A stretch of DNA of 63,999 nucleotides, filler included. It is 4 parts of 4 records of this genome, joined end to end, with 100 filler letters (N's around TTAATTAATTAA, not from the genome) between each part and the next. Parts side by side here need not be neighbours in the genome. Positions count along the whole stretch, not along the records: positions 16,484 to 40,663 come from DRR378314_950; 3 more parts are not named here. The stretch is one strand, 5' to 3'. The notes beneath the pieces were generated by a model. That model did not search any database. It was not told where the DNA came from and saw nothing but the letters and a program-made list of their open reading frames with translations. Made by a program: the position numbers and the translations under genes. Below are positions 30,531-40,763 of the stretch, piece after piece. Positions within the stretch are counted from its first letter, which is position 1, and each line of letters starts with the position of its first letter.

Positions 30531-31055
30531 ATGAAACTATTGGGCATAGGCTCCAGAATAGATCACCCCGAATACGGAAAGGGTGTGGTGACCAACGTAT
30601 CGTCCAAACATTATTGGGTGACTTTTTTAGAAAATGGATTGGAAACCATTGATTTGGACGCTGAATTTGAAGTAATCGAAAGTGTTGAAGATGAAGTGGA
30701 CAGTGTTAGTTTTTTTGATGTGGAACGTTCCTTGGTGAAGATTCTCGAAAAATGGAGCGACACACACCAAAAAGTGGCCATAGCCGATAAATGGAAGGGT
30801 GGCAAACTGGTTTTGGAACCCGATGATGGTACAGCCAACAAGGAAATCCCCATTGAGACCTTCTTCCATAAAATTGTGATGGTGCGCGACCGAATACGTG
30901 TGATGGAGCAAAAGATAAACAGTAGCAAAAACTTGGACGACCAGGAAAAAGTGGACCTACAACAATACATTACCCGTATTTATGGTAGTTTAACAAGTTT
31001 TAATGTACTGTTTAAAACCAAAAATGACCATTTTGTAGGGGAGAGGGGGAAATAA
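30531..31055 (+). CDS. Conserved hypothetical protein
   Basis: Clean 174-aa ORF with an SH3-like start (H..YGKGVV) and FFHKIVMVRDR...YITRIYGSLTSFN.LF. Function not recognised. Confidence 0.75.
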   Translation: MKLLGIGSRIDHPEYGKGVVTNVSSKHYWVTFLENGLETIDLDAEFEVIESVEDEVDSVSFFDVERSLVKILEKWSDTHQKVAIADKWKGGKLVLEPDDGTANKEIPIETFFHKIVMVRDRIRVMEQKINSSKNLDDQEKVDLQQYITRIYGSLTSFNVLFKTKNDHFVGERGK

Positions 31056-31070
31056 TCAGCCGATTAGCCT

Positions 31071-31110
31071 GTTGTTGGGCATTTCAATCAGTTGTTGGGT
31101 ATTTCAATCA
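31071..31110. repeat. 20-bp tandem duplication
   Basis: GTTGTTGGGCATTTCAATCA followed directly by GTTGTTGGGTATTTCAATCA (one mismatch). Confidence 0.8.
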
Positions 31111-31295
31111 TATGTAAGGCCATTCTTTTTTTGTTAGTGCTGACCTCCTCCCATATTTGGGTATTGGTCATACCTAGAGAATTTGGGCTCTCTTAGAGTG
31201 CACACCAAGGATTTCTTCGCAATACTATAACCAATAAAAAACCACCTCCCACGATATTTCGTAAAAGGCGGTTCTGCTTTTTTACCAGGATCTAA

Positions 31296-33491
31296 TTACT
31301 GTACCATGTTGTTCAGTTGCTGTACTTGGACATCAAAGTTTTTAAGGGTGGTGGCCAACACCCCGATTTGTTCCTGTGCTTCTTTCCATTCCTGCTGTTC
31401 AATGGCCTCGCGCACGCCTGGAAGTGTTTTTACCCCATAGCCCGTGTAAAATCCGGGGGCATAAATCTGGTGCTTGAACCAATCCCTACGGGGCAGTCCT
31501 TTATCCTGCAACAATACCTGCTCCATGCCCATCAACTGTTGGTTTATTTGTGCCTTTTTGGCACCGGATAGCGCAAGCACATCGGCCTTGGAAAAGGTGG
31601 CTATACTTTTCTTTAGATCGGCAACCACATTTTGTATGGGCGAGAAATCCAAATAGGGTACTTCTTCCTTCATTTTTGCGGGTGCTATCGGTTTTTTGGG
31701 GTCCATCACCAGTTCATAGGTATCGGCTGAAACCAGTTTGTTGTGTTTTTCCACTTCGGCACGCATGTCCTCTAAGGTTTTCATCACTTCGCCCAAATAG
31801 GTTTCAATGGTGCTGTGCCATTGGGTGAGTTCAAACGGCAATACCTCGGCATTGGCCAAACGCAACGAGATACGTCCGGCCGTGTTGGCCAAGGCCACGC
31901 CATAGTCGAACCCGGGATCTTTAAAACGGGTGTAGTGGCTGTAGGTATCATAAATGGTGTGGTATTCCCCACCAGAACCTTCACCGCCGTAGCCCAAGTT
32001 CAAGGAGGCAATACCGGTATGCTGAATAAAAGGCGTATAATCCGAACCAGAGCCCAGTGCGGACAGTTTAAACAAATTGTCGCCACCGCGCATAACGTTG
32101 GCGGCTTTGCGGCGCTCTGCCACGGACACCCCTTTTTGTGGGTCGGTCACGGCATGGGCCACTTGGCTTACCATGGCCTGAAGTGAGTGGGAACCTCCGG
32201 CACCCAAATAGCCACGGCTGTTACCATCGGTATTGATGTAGGCCACGGCCTTTTCTTTCAATTCCGGAATATGGTCTTCTACCCATTCGGTGGAACCGAT
32301 AAGTCCAGGTTCTTCGGCATCCCAGGCGCAATAGACCAAGGTACGTTTTGGTTTGTTGCCCGCTTTGGCCAATTTTCCGATAACGCGGGCTTCTTCCATT
32401 AAGGCCACCATACCACTGATCGGGTCGCTAGCACCATGTACCCAAGCATCGTGGTGGTTCCCACGGATGACCCACTCGTCGGGGAATTCATCCCCTTCCA
32501 AAGTAGCAATCAGGTTGTGGGCAGGTTTCAATTGCCAGTCAAACTCCAATTTCAGATGGACTTTGGCAGGTCCGGGCCCAATATGATAAGTAAGGGGCAA
32601 AGCACCTCTCCAAGAAGCAGGGGCCACAGGGCCTTTCAATGCTTCCAATAAGGGCTTTGCATCCTCATAGGAAATGGGCAGTACCGGAATCTTGGTAATG
32701 GTAGGTGCATCTTCACGCTTTAAACGTTTTGCGTCCTTGGTGGCTGCATAGCCGGGCGTCAATACATCTCCTGGGTAGAGCGGCATATCCATTACGGAAC
32801 CGCGCTGTACACCGGTTTTATTTTTATAAGGTCCTTCGGGATACACATCGCCTTGGGCGTAACCATCATCTTCAGGGTCGGAATAAATGATACAGCCAAT
32901 AGCACCTTTTTCAGCGGCCAGTTTCGGCTTTATCCCGCGCCAAGAACCGTAATATTTAGCAATAACGATTTTCCCTTTTACATCAATCCCCAATTTTTCT
33001 AGTTCATCGTAGTCGCTGGGGATACCGTAGTTCACAAACACGAGTTCTGCTTCCACATCGCCATCGGTAGAGAATGCGTTGTAGCTGGGCAACAATTTAT
33101 CGCCCTGCGCGGTGTAGGGGTCGCCCTCGACCGCCACGGCTTCCAATTTAGCGGAATAGGTTGTGGGAGCGGTCAGCTCCAGTACCCGGACTTTGGGATA
33201 AGGGAAAAGCACGTGGTAGGTATCGATCTCGGTTTTGTAGCCCCAAGATTTGAACTGCTTTTCCATCCATTTTACGTTCTTTTCGCCGTATTCGGTGCCC
33301 ACCCAGTGGGGTTCGGCCGCCAATAGTTTCATCCATTGGTCCAAATTGTCGGCGGAAAGTTGTTTTTCGTAGTCTGCTTCGAGCTCTTTTTGTGCTTCCG
33401 AAGCTTTTTCACTGAACCCAATGATCCTGTCCTGGGCCGTAACACTGATAGCTCCCAAAAGTAGGAGCAGGGGAAATAATTTATTTTTCAT
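31296..33491 (-). CDS. M28 glutamate carboxypeptidase II-like peptidase (PA and transferrin-receptor-like dimerisation domains)
   Basis: Signal peptide, VFVNYG, IIYSDP.DDG, GNHHDAW, DP.SG, WDAEE.GL.GSTEW, GSGSD, YHT.YD and WFKH.IYAPG motifs. Confidence 0.92.
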   Translation of the reverse strand: MKNKLFPLLLLLGAISVTAQDRIIGFSEKASEAQKELEADYEKQLSADNLDQWMKLLAAEPHWVGTEYGEKNVKWMEKQFKSWGYKTEIDTYHVLFPYPKVRVLELTAPTTYSAKLEAVAVEGDPYTAQGDKLLPSYNAFSTDGDVEAELVFVNYGIPSDYDELEKLGIDVKGKIVIAKYYGSWRGIKPKLAAEKGAIGCIIYSDPEDDGYAQGDVYPEGPYKNKTGVQRGSVMDMPLYPGDVLTPGYAATKDAKRLKREDAPTITKIPVLPISYEDAKPLLEALKGPVAPASWRGALPLTYHIGPGPAKVHLKLEFDWQLKPAHNLIATLEGDEFPDEWVIRGNHHDAWVHGASDPISGMVALMEEARVIGKLAKAGNKPKRTLVYCAWDAEEPGLIGSTEWVEDHIPELKEKAVAYINTDGNSRGYLGAGGSHSLQAMVSQVAHAVTDPQKGVSVAERRKAANVMRGGDNLFKLSALGSGSDYTPFIQHTGIASLNLGYGGEGSGGEYHTIYDTYSHYTRFKDPGFDYGVALANTAGRISLRLANAEVLPFELTQWHSTIETYLGEVMKTLEDMRAEVEKHNKLVSADTYELVMDPKKPIAPAKMKEEVPYLDFSPIQNVVADLKKSIATFSKADVLALSGAKKAQINQQLMGMEQVLLQDKGLPRRDWFKHQIYAPGFYTGYGVKTLPGVREAIEQQEWKEAQEQIGVLATTLKNFDVQVQQLNNMVQ

Positions 33492-33666
33492 TGTTTTGAA
33501 TTAGCGCTTAAATTTAAGGGATTGTTTGCAGGTAATGAAGAGAAAAGGCGGAAGTGTTGGTAAGTTTTCAAGGAATTTACATTTTCTTTGAAAAACATCA
33601 CAAAAATGATAAGCACCCTATGGGTTCCAAAATTCAATTTTGAAGGGGTCTGGAAAAACATAAAAT

Positions 33667-34167
33667 ATGAGATCAATCATTTTGCTATTAGCGTTGACAG
33701 CTGTTACTGCAGGGAAGGCCCAGAACCAAGAGGTGTTTCAAAATGCGAACGAATTGGTAAAGGAAACGCAACGTGTTATTTCCATTGAGGCGGGGCAAGT
33801 GATCGACACTGCCTATTTCCGAACTTTGTTTTTGTCCACGGCACACTTTAGTGTGGTCGGAAAAGAAGATGGGGAGTATACTCAGGAAACCATGGGTCTC
33901 GATGAATTTTTGGAAACGCTTACGGACGACTATTATTCGTTGGGCTATCACGAAGAATCCACAGGTGAAATTGTTGACGAATACAACGGCATGGCCCAGG
34001 TGATTCAAAGTTTTGAGGGGGTTGATTCCGAGAACGAAACAGGAAAAGGGGTTGGTAGTTATCAATTGGTATACTCCGAAGGACGTTGGTGGATTGCCAA
34101 TATGGTCTGGGCCATGAGTTCGGATGATGGCAAGGATATTCCAAAGAAGTATTTGAAAAGCAACTAG
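33667..34167 (+). CDS. Exported hypothetical protein, possibly NTF2/SnoaL-like
   Basis: Signal peptide; F.TLF...A and G..SYQLV...GRWWI..M.W pattern. Confidence 0.65.
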   Translation: MRSIILLLALTAVTAGKAQNQEVFQNANELVKETQRVISIEAGQVIDTAYFRTLFLSTAHFSVVGKEDGEYTQETMGLDEFLETLTDDYYSLGYHEESTGEIVDEYNGMAQVIQSFEGVDSENETGKGVGSYQLVYSEGRWWIANMVWAMSSDDGKDIPKKYLKSN

Positions 34168-34236
34168 TCATGTATTGACTACCGAATAGTTTTGAATTGT
34201 TATCTTGCCAACAACCATTAACGAAATAGCTCTTTT

Positions 34237-34734
34237 TTGAAAAGCAAACTCAATATTTGGCTGCTCGTCAGTTTTCTGATTGCTGCAGCATTAAGCCTTT
34301 GGCTCTACTTTAAACAAACAACGAAGGTCGGTGATATTTTCTATGACAGTGCCATGGATTCCGTGGAATTCAATCCGTGTGGTGATTATCAAATTCTTCA
34401 ATATTATCAAGTAGGCACCTACTATCAAGGTGGCAAAAAAGCCATCAAAACGGAGCTTTTGCCAAAAGTAAAAACGGATGGCCTTCCCCAAAATGGTTTG
34501 TTGACCGTTCGTTTTGTTGTGAATTGCAACGGGGAAACCGGGTATTTCAGGACTAAAATGATCGATCCGAACATCAAGGAAATTGAAGTACCTCTCGAAG
34601 CCTCAAAACCTATTTACGCACTAATTGCTGAGCTAAAAGGGTGGGTTCCGGGTCAAATTGACGGAAATCCAACCAATAGCTATGCGCAAATAGCCTTCAA
34701 GCTGGAAGATGGTAAAATCACTGATATTTTTTAA
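34237..34734 (+). CDS. Membrane-anchored hypothetical protein with TonB C-terminal-like domain
   Basis: N-terminal TM, then Y.GG, G.LTVRFVVNC.G, W.PG and FKL.DG.I motifs; TTG start. Confidence 0.6.
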   Translation: MKSKLNIWLLVSFLIAAALSLWLYFKQTTKVGDIFYDSAMDSVEFNPCGDYQILQYYQVGTYYQGGKKAIKTELLPKVKTDGLPQNGLLTVRFVVNCNGETGYFRTKMIDPNIKEIEVPLEASKPIYALIAELKGWVPGQIDGNPTNSYAQIAFKLEDGKITDIF

Positions 34735-34737
34735 GGT

Positions 34738-35532
34738 ATGAAGCTGTTCCTCAAAATCATAAAAATCCTATTGGCCACTGTTTTTACGGCCTATATTGGT
34801 CTTATAGCACATCAATTGGTATTTCAATCCAAAGAAAAACGGTTCCATATTGCAGGAAACATGCAAGGACATGGATGGTCCCAAACGATGTTTGGGATTC
34901 TAAATTGGCAACACCCCGATTATGCCGCCGCTTTTTTTGAGCGCTCCGTTCCTTTTAATAAAAGAGGGGACTATGCAACAGGATTTTATTATTTAGACAC
35001 CGCGGTGGATTTAAAACCTTTGCATCACCTAGGATATAGAGGGTATATGAAATTACGTTTTCTCCGGGATTACAAGGCCGCCTTGGCAGATTTTGATCGT
35101 TTGGATGCCATGACACCCAATGTGGTGGATGCGCCTTGGGGCGAGGACATCGATTTTTTACGTGGTGAATGCTACTATGGCCTTAAAAATTATCCGAAGG
35201 CCTTGGAACATTTCGAGCAAAGTGTGGCAAATCAGGGTGCGGATTGGGCAGATGTGCAAGCCTTTGTGTACCAAGGTTTATGTCATTATGAAATGCAACA
35301 CTTTGATGAAGCCATCACTGCTTTTGAAAATGGGTTAACCCAATACGACACGACCTGTGAAGCTTATTTTGGTTTGGCAAAAACCTATTTAGCGGTAGGG
35401 GACACCCTAAGTGCAAGAAATAACTTGAACAAGGCACAAGAAACCTTGCCTTACAAGCATACGGACATCTACAAGGAGTACCTCAATGAAATCTATCAAG
35501 AGGATTTGAATCGGTTGAAAAAGCGACTTTGA
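34738..35532 (+). CDS. Tetratricopeptide repeat protein
   Basis: Repeated A..DF, RGECYY.L.NY.KA..HF, GL.HY....F.EA...F and AYFGLA.TY TPR helices; N-terminal TM. Confidence 0.8.
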   Translation: MKLFLKIIKILLATVFTAYIGLIAHQLVFQSKEKRFHIAGNMQGHGWSQTMFGILNWQHPDYAAAFFERSVPFNKRGDYATGFYYLDTAVDLKPLHHLGYRGYMKLRFLRDYKAALADFDRLDAMTPNVVDAPWGEDIDFLRGECYYGLKNYPKALEHFEQSVANQGADWADVQAFVYQGLCHYEMQHFDEAITAFENGLTQYDTTCEAYFGLAKTYLAVGDTLSARNNLNKAQETLPYKHTDIYKEYLNEIYQEDLNRLKKRL

Positions 35533-35703
35533 TTACGAACATTCATACGTTTCTATTTTGCTCGATTATGTCGGGACTATGAGCAAATATTCAATTTCCA
35601 CGGTGAAAACTCGAGAAATCGGTAAAAGCCGGGGTGGGTCTAATCCAAAACCATCCTCGGTTTCGTAGTTTATTATGACTATCAGCTAAACCACAATTGC
35701 TAC

Positions 35704-37638
35704 ATGATACAGCCCTCTAAAAAATGGCTTTTCCCTGTAATTCTCTTTTTGGCGTTTACGCTTCAATCTTTAGGTCAGGAGCATCAGACGTATGAAGGTT
35801 CACTTCAAGTGGGCTCCTATTCGGGAAAAGCGGTTTACCAATACACCATTATCGATTTGGACACCATCTATGATGGTGATTTTCAACTTCAGAATTCCAA
35901 TTTGGAAACCTTGATGGAAAATGAAGATTCCTCGTTCCGTTTTAAAGGTTTTTTTGATGAAGGTATTGCCAATGGCCCATGGGAGTTTCAGTTTGGGGAG
36001 TTCCAAACCAACAGTCAGACCCAAGTGGTGGATAACGAATACCGAGTGCTGGTGAGCGGTGTCCAAGAAATTGGAGCTGGCAACCTTGATCAAGGCGCTC
36101 CCGATGGGGAGTGGACCTATACCATTAACAAAATCAAGGATTCTGAAATTGATAAGATACTTTTTAAGAGCACTATTTCTTTTGACAAAGGGGTTCCACA
36201 ACAAAATTTCCAAATAGAAAATGACAGCAGTGTACTGGTGGGAAGGTTGTTGAGAGACGGCCTTGCCCACGATGAATGGTCCTTTTATGGTACCGAGAAC
36301 GTTGAAGATATTGAAGATTGGTTTTTTGATGATGGTTTGTTGCGGAGCATTCAACTAAAGTCGGAGAACGGCACAGAAGATATTGAGGTTTTTAATGCAA
36401 ACCTTCCCAACTATCAGGTTACCGCATTGAATGAGGGGTATATTACCTTGTTGCAATCGGCAATCAATTTGGGAAATGGTGAAAGCCACATTGCACGCAT
36501 GTTAGCGCAGAACTTGGGACACTATCAAAAAATAAATAGTGTGCTTGACCATTTGGGGAATTCCAACTTTAAACCGAATATGAAAGTAAGGGTTCCGTTT
36601 TTTCCTTTGGATTCCCTTCAAAATAAAACCCTGAAAAAAATTATAACGGACTACGAATCCGCAGCGAGGCTTAGCCAAACTATTCTGGAAAGTAGTCATC
36701 TGAACATCGTAAAGCGATCGGACCCAGAAGCCCTTTTTTATTACAATGCCGCTGCTAAAATCGACACAGCATTTTTGAAGCCTTTGGGAACCTTGGTCAA
36801 GCACACAAAACTTGACATTGTTCAGTATCAGCAAATACCGGAATTGCTCAATCGATTATGGCCGAACGGAAAACCGGGAACAAAGTTGCTTGTTGTTGCC
36901 AACGAAAACGGGGAGAAGCGCGAGTTTAGTTTACCAAGCTCCGATGAATTTGAATATGAAAGCAACGATTTATTGTCCGTAAGTGCTATGGCCACTTATG
37001 CCAAAATGAGTCTGGAATTTATTAAGGGCTCGTTAGCATCGAGGTTGACCAATGAAGAACAGCTTCAGATGCTGAACGGCCTGGAAGAAGAACTCATAGA
37101 ACTCAACAATGCCCTTGAAAAACAGTTGGACTCGGTTTCTGGGCTGCCATCGGACCACACAAAAGCATTGTCCCAAATCAAAAATGTAGCCGATAGTGCT
37201 TTGACCAGCTATGCCGACATTAAAAAACCTGATGAGAAACTGGAATATGGAAAGGGAGTAAAAACTTGTCTTTTGCAATTGAGATCATTGGCTACAACCA
37301 TTAAAGAACTTCCCGAACGCAGTGAAATGATCAAAAAGGAATACACCGACGCCGTTTGGAATCCATTTATGGCGAATGTTATGGAAGAAGAGGTAAAAAA
37401 ACGGATTGTAAGTGCTTACCAAGATGTTTTAAGCCCCTATTTTATCCATATGGTGCGTGAAGAATTAAGCTGTGACAACGCAGGTGTGTTGAATGCTCAA
37501 ATAGTGGATACACAGCAAATTATAAAGGACTTGCGCTATGCAGATACCCGAAAGTTGGAACGTAAGCTGAGAAGGGAAAAACGCCCTGAAGAAGTCATAA
37601 AATTGCTCAATGAGCAACCCAACCTTAAAAACCAGTAG
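35704..37638 (+). CDS. Exported hypothetical protein (beta-rich MORN-variant-like N-half, helical C-half)
   Basis: Signal peptide; recurring G....G.W.F/Y units (GIANGPWEF, GAPDGEWTY, GLAHDEWSF). Confidence 0.7.
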   Translation: MIQPSKKWLFPVILFLAFTLQSLGQEHQTYEGSLQVGSYSGKAVYQYTIIDLDTIYDGDFQLQNSNLETLMENEDSSFRFKGFFDEGIANGPWEFQFGEFQTNSQTQVVDNEYRVLVSGVQEIGAGNLDQGAPDGEWTYTINKIKDSEIDKILFKSTISFDKGVPQQNFQIENDSSVLVGRLLRDGLAHDEWSFYGTENVEDIEDWFFDDGLLRSIQLKSENGTEDIEVFNANLPNYQVTALNEGYITLLQSAINLGNGESHIARMLAQNLGHYQKINSVLDHLGNSNFKPNMKVRVPFFPLDSLQNKTLKKIITDYESAARLSQTILESSHLNIVKRSDPEALFYYNAAAKIDTAFLKPLGTLVKHTKLDIVQYQQIPELLNRLWPNGKPGTKLLVVANENGEKREFSLPSSDEFEYESNDLLSVSAMATYAKMSLEFIKGSLASRLTNEEQLQMLNGLEEELIELNNALEKQLDSVSGLPSDHTKALSQIKNVADSALTSYADIKKPDEKLEYGKGVKTCLLQLRSLATTIKELPERSEMIKKEYTDAVWNPFMANVMEEEVKKRIVSAYQDVLSPYFIHMVREELSCDNAGVLNAQIVDTQQIIKDLRYADTRKLERKLRREKRPEEVIKLLNEQPNLKNQ

Positions 37639-37640
37639 GC

Positions 37641-38471
37641 ATGAGGAGCAATATATGTAGCTTATTGGCGGTTGTTTTAGTGGTTTTTGGGGCTGTAACA
37701 AGTAGTTTTGCACAAGAATCCGAACCCGAGGTCTTACCCGAAACTTCGCAGTACAAAGACCCAAAAACCAAGGTATGGATCAATACCTATGGAAACATCC
37801 GAATTGGTAAGCGTCTTTTTTGGGATGCCCAAACACACTTTAGGTTCCAAGAGACCAAAAACACGCCTTTTGTGGGACAAATAGCCCAAATATACAATAG
37901 GCACGCCATTGGATATATTTTTTCGAAAAGTGCCAATTTTCGCGTGGGTGGAGTAGTGCGTATCAATTTTAATACCGATGAGGAATCGGAAGATAGAAAT
38001 GTAGTGCCGGAATGGCGTATTTGGCACCAATACCAATTTGCGATGCCTTTTTACTCGGCGATGCTGTATCACCGGATACGAATAGAGCACCGATGGACCC
38101 AAGGTTTTGCAGAAGATAGTGACTATATCTTCAGAAATCGTTGGCGGTACATGTTCCGGGCCAAAATACCCCTGAACGATACCAAGTTGAAACCGAAAAC
38201 ATTATATGTCTCCCCAGAAGCAGAATTGATCATGCAAAGCGGAAAGGAAGTAGTGGCCAGTCCTATGGAAGACCTTCGGTTAACGACTACCGTGGGATAC
38301 ATTGTAACACCAAGGTTGACCTTTGCCGCTGGGGTTATGTACTCCCAAGGACAGGAGCGTTACAATGGGGGATATTATCAACAAGGATGGACGTTGCGTT
38401 TCCATATGTATTTCTCGCCCGATTTTAGAAGGATCAAGAATAAATTGCCGGACATCCATTTAACGGATTGA
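37641..38471 (+). CDS. DUF2490-like outer-membrane beta-barrel protein
   Basis: Signal peptide; EWRIWHQYQ, HRIRIEHRW and RNRWRY motifs with alternating aromatic strands. Confidence 0.8.
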   Translation: MRSNICSLLAVVLVVFGAVTSSFAQESEPEVLPETSQYKDPKTKVWINTYGNIRIGKRLFWDAQTHFRFQETKNTPFVGQIAQIYNRHAIGYIFSKSANFRVGGVVRINFNTDEESEDRNVVPEWRIWHQYQFAMPFYSAMLYHRIRIEHRWTQGFAEDSDYIFRNRWRYMFRAKIPLNDTKLKPKTLYVSPEAELIMQSGKEVVASPMEDLRLTTTVGYIVTPRLTFAAGVMYSQGQERYNGGYYQQGWTLRFHMYFSPDFRRIKNKLPDIHLTD

Positions 38472-38505
38472 TACGTATGTTATAGTGAACCCCAGCAAGT
38501 ATCGC

Positions 38506-39351
38506 ATGAAAATAAAAAAATACACTCCCTTTGTTCTCTTGGCCATTTTTGCCGCAGGATTGTTCTTCTTTATTGCTAAATCTGTTCAACTGCAAAAGAG
38601 TCTTGCCCAAGTAAAATCGGAAAATACAATCATATTAAAAAAAATAAATACCTACGAGCAATTGTCCAAAATCGACTCATTGTTATTGCAGGGGGATTAT
38701 GATACGGCTATTGAATCATACAACGCCTCCATCGATTCCGGTGAGGAAAACAATATGCTTATTCCATTGCGTATTGCTTTGGCCGAAAAATTGATGCAAA
38801 ATAGCGCAGCTACAAATCCAATGCCCGATAGCATAATGGCCGAGCAGGACTCCCTGCCAAAATCCAGTTGGTCCGAAGAGGTAGCGATCAGAAAATACGA
38901 TTCCATCAATTTTTCTTTGGAAAAGGCCAAAGTCCAATTAACTCGTTTAAAAAAACAATTACAACAAAAATCCTTTGGGGAATACCTCACCTTCAAAAGT
39001 AAAAAAGGAAACCAAATGCACTATATCGGACAGGTCAAAGACGGCAAGGCACATGGTTTTGGAGTCGCTTTGTTAGATACCGGAAGTAGGTACGAAGGTG
39101 AATGGAAAAACAACCAACGCCATGGCGATGGCACATTTTACTGGTCCGATGGTGAATATTATGTTGGCAACTACAAAAATGATAAGCGCAGTGGATTAGG
39201 TACTTATTATTGGCCCAATGGTGAAAAGTATACTGGAGAATGGAAAGATGACAAGCGCAGCGGTTCCGGTAATTTTTATGATGCCGAAGGTGAGGTTGTT
39301 GCAGGTGGCGAATGGAACGATGACAAATTGGTAGAGGTCAACGAAAGGTAA
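38506..39351 (+). CDS. Membrane-anchored MORN-repeat protein
   Basis: N-terminal TM and coiled coil, then YEGEWKNNQRHGDGTFYW-type repeats. Confidence 0.88.
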   Translation: MKIKKYTPFVLLAIFAAGLFFFIAKSVQLQKSLAQVKSENTIILKKINTYEQLSKIDSLLLQGDYDTAIESYNASIDSGEENNMLIPLRIALAEKLMQNSAATNPMPDSIMAEQDSLPKSSWSEEVAIRKYDSINFSLEKAKVQLTRLKKQLQQKSFGEYLTFKSKKGNQMHYIGQVKDGKAHGFGVALLDTGSRYEGEWKNNQRHGDGTFYWSDGEYYVGNYKNDKRSGLGTYYWPNGEKYTGEWKDDKRSGSGNFYDAEGEVVAGGEWNDDKLVEVNER

Positions 39352-39479
39352 TACTTAAACCAGTGTTTTACCATTCTTACATAAATTCCACCCATTCATA
39401 CATTGTAATAGGGAATTCATAATTAGTTTAATGATCTTAAAAAGAAATTGCAAGATTAACCTTAAACTTAAACACGATT

Positions 39480-40532
39480 ATGAAAAACCTCACGAGAACA
39501 CGACCTTTTTATTTATTGTTTGCAGCGACAATGGGTGCATTTGTACTTAATTCTTGTTCCGAAGACACCACTTTTGTAGAAGGCGAGGCTATCCAAGAAA
39601 CAGAAAAGCAATTGGTGGCACTTGCCCCAAGGACGGGCGACCCAATTATTATTGACGATTTAATGGAAGACATAGAAATTTCCGCTAGAGCCAGTAATGC
39701 AGCTGGAAATGATAGGGGACGTTTTAACATTAGTCTAAAATTTTTATTGCCTCCAACCGACCGACAGCGCGAAGTCTTTGATCAGGCTGCTGCCCGATGG
39801 GAGCGCATTATCATAAAGGATGTTCCTTCCATTACGGGAACCATTCCATCTGCTTTTGAGGGTTTTCCACCAGCTGTGGACGGAACCTTGGACGATATCG
39901 TTATCGAAGTAGCTTTGGCTCCTATTGATGGCCCTGGGGGAGTATTGGGTCAGGCAGGCCCCAACTTTGTGCGCACTAGTGATTTTCTGCCTATTTCCGG
40001 TGTCATGTTCTTTGATGTGGACGACCTGGACTTTTTAGAATCCTTGGATTTGTTCGAAGATGTTATTGTACACGAAATGGGACATGTTTTGGGAATTGGA
40101 ACCCTTTGGAATACAGCTGACTTTGGATTTGACAGAACATTGCTTTTAGGTACGGCAACCGAGCCATATTTTGGTGGTCGCAAAGCAAACGTATTTTGGA
40201 ATGCAGAGGGTGGTACAGGCGAATTGCCGATTGAAAGTATGTTTGGACCGGGAACAGCTTTCGGTCACTGGGAAGAATCGACATTAAACAATGAATTAAT
40301 GACAGGGTTTTTAAATTTAGGTGAAAACCCATTGAGCAGAATCACGGCGGGTTCAATGAAAGATTTAGGCTATGGAGCCGCAAGCGTGGGTGAATCGTAT
40401 GATTTACCAAAAGGAACTCCAGGTGTTGATTTAAGCACCCTTGAAGAAGAAGGTGCTTCCGAGGGATTGAACATTGCAGCAAGAGAAACACTTTTAATGC
40501 CTGTTGGATTTGTGGATACAGGCAAAAAATAG
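39480..40532 (+). CDS. Leishmanolysin-like (M8-related) zinc metallopeptidase lipoprotein
   Basis: Lipobox LNSC, IDGPGGVLGQAGP, HEMGHVLG, HW.E, Met-turn ELMTG and DLGY motifs. Confidence 0.85.
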   Translation: MKNLTRTRPFYLLFAATMGAFVLNSCSEDTTFVEGEAIQETEKQLVALAPRTGDPIIIDDLMEDIEISARASNAAGNDRGRFNISLKFLLPPTDRQREVFDQAAARWERIIIKDVPSITGTIPSAFEGFPPAVDGTLDDIVIEVALAPIDGPGGVLGQAGPNFVRTSDFLPISGVMFFDVDDLDFLESLDLFEDVIVHEMGHVLGIGTLWNTADFGFDRTLLLGTATEPYFGGRKANVFWNAEGGTGELPIESMFGPGTAFGHWEESTLNNELMTGFLNLGENPLSRITAGSMKDLGYGAASVGESYDLPKGTPGVDLSTLEEEGASEGLNIAARETLLMPVGFVDTGKK

Positions 40533-40584
40533 CCCACATCGTTATTAAAGGCAAAGAGGCTGAATTCTAAAAGTATTGAAACAC

Positions 40585-40663
40585 GTCATTCTGAACCTGT
40601 CGGTAGGCTGGTTCATTTCAGAATCCAATCATACTGATAAACAAATCACTATGAGAACCTGAA
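40585..40663. repeat. REP-like palindromic repeat at contig end
   Basis: GTCATTCTGAA...TTCAGAATC arms around an insert. A second half-site (GAGAACCTGAA) begins where the contig breaks. Confidence 0.5.
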
Positions 40664-40763
40664 NNNNNNNNNNNNNNNNNNNNNNNNNNNNNNNNNNNNN
40701 NNNNNNNTTAATTAATTAANNNNNNNNNNNNNNNNNNNNNNNNNNNNNNNNNNNNNNNNNNNN
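40664..40763. other. Artificial contig spacer
   Basis: N-run, TTAATTAATTAA, N-run. Confidence 0.98.

Noticed and set aside
31071-31110. ATTTCAAT-containing repeat as a CRISPR array
   Set aside because: Only two abutting 20-bp copies, no spacer and no cas genes nearby.
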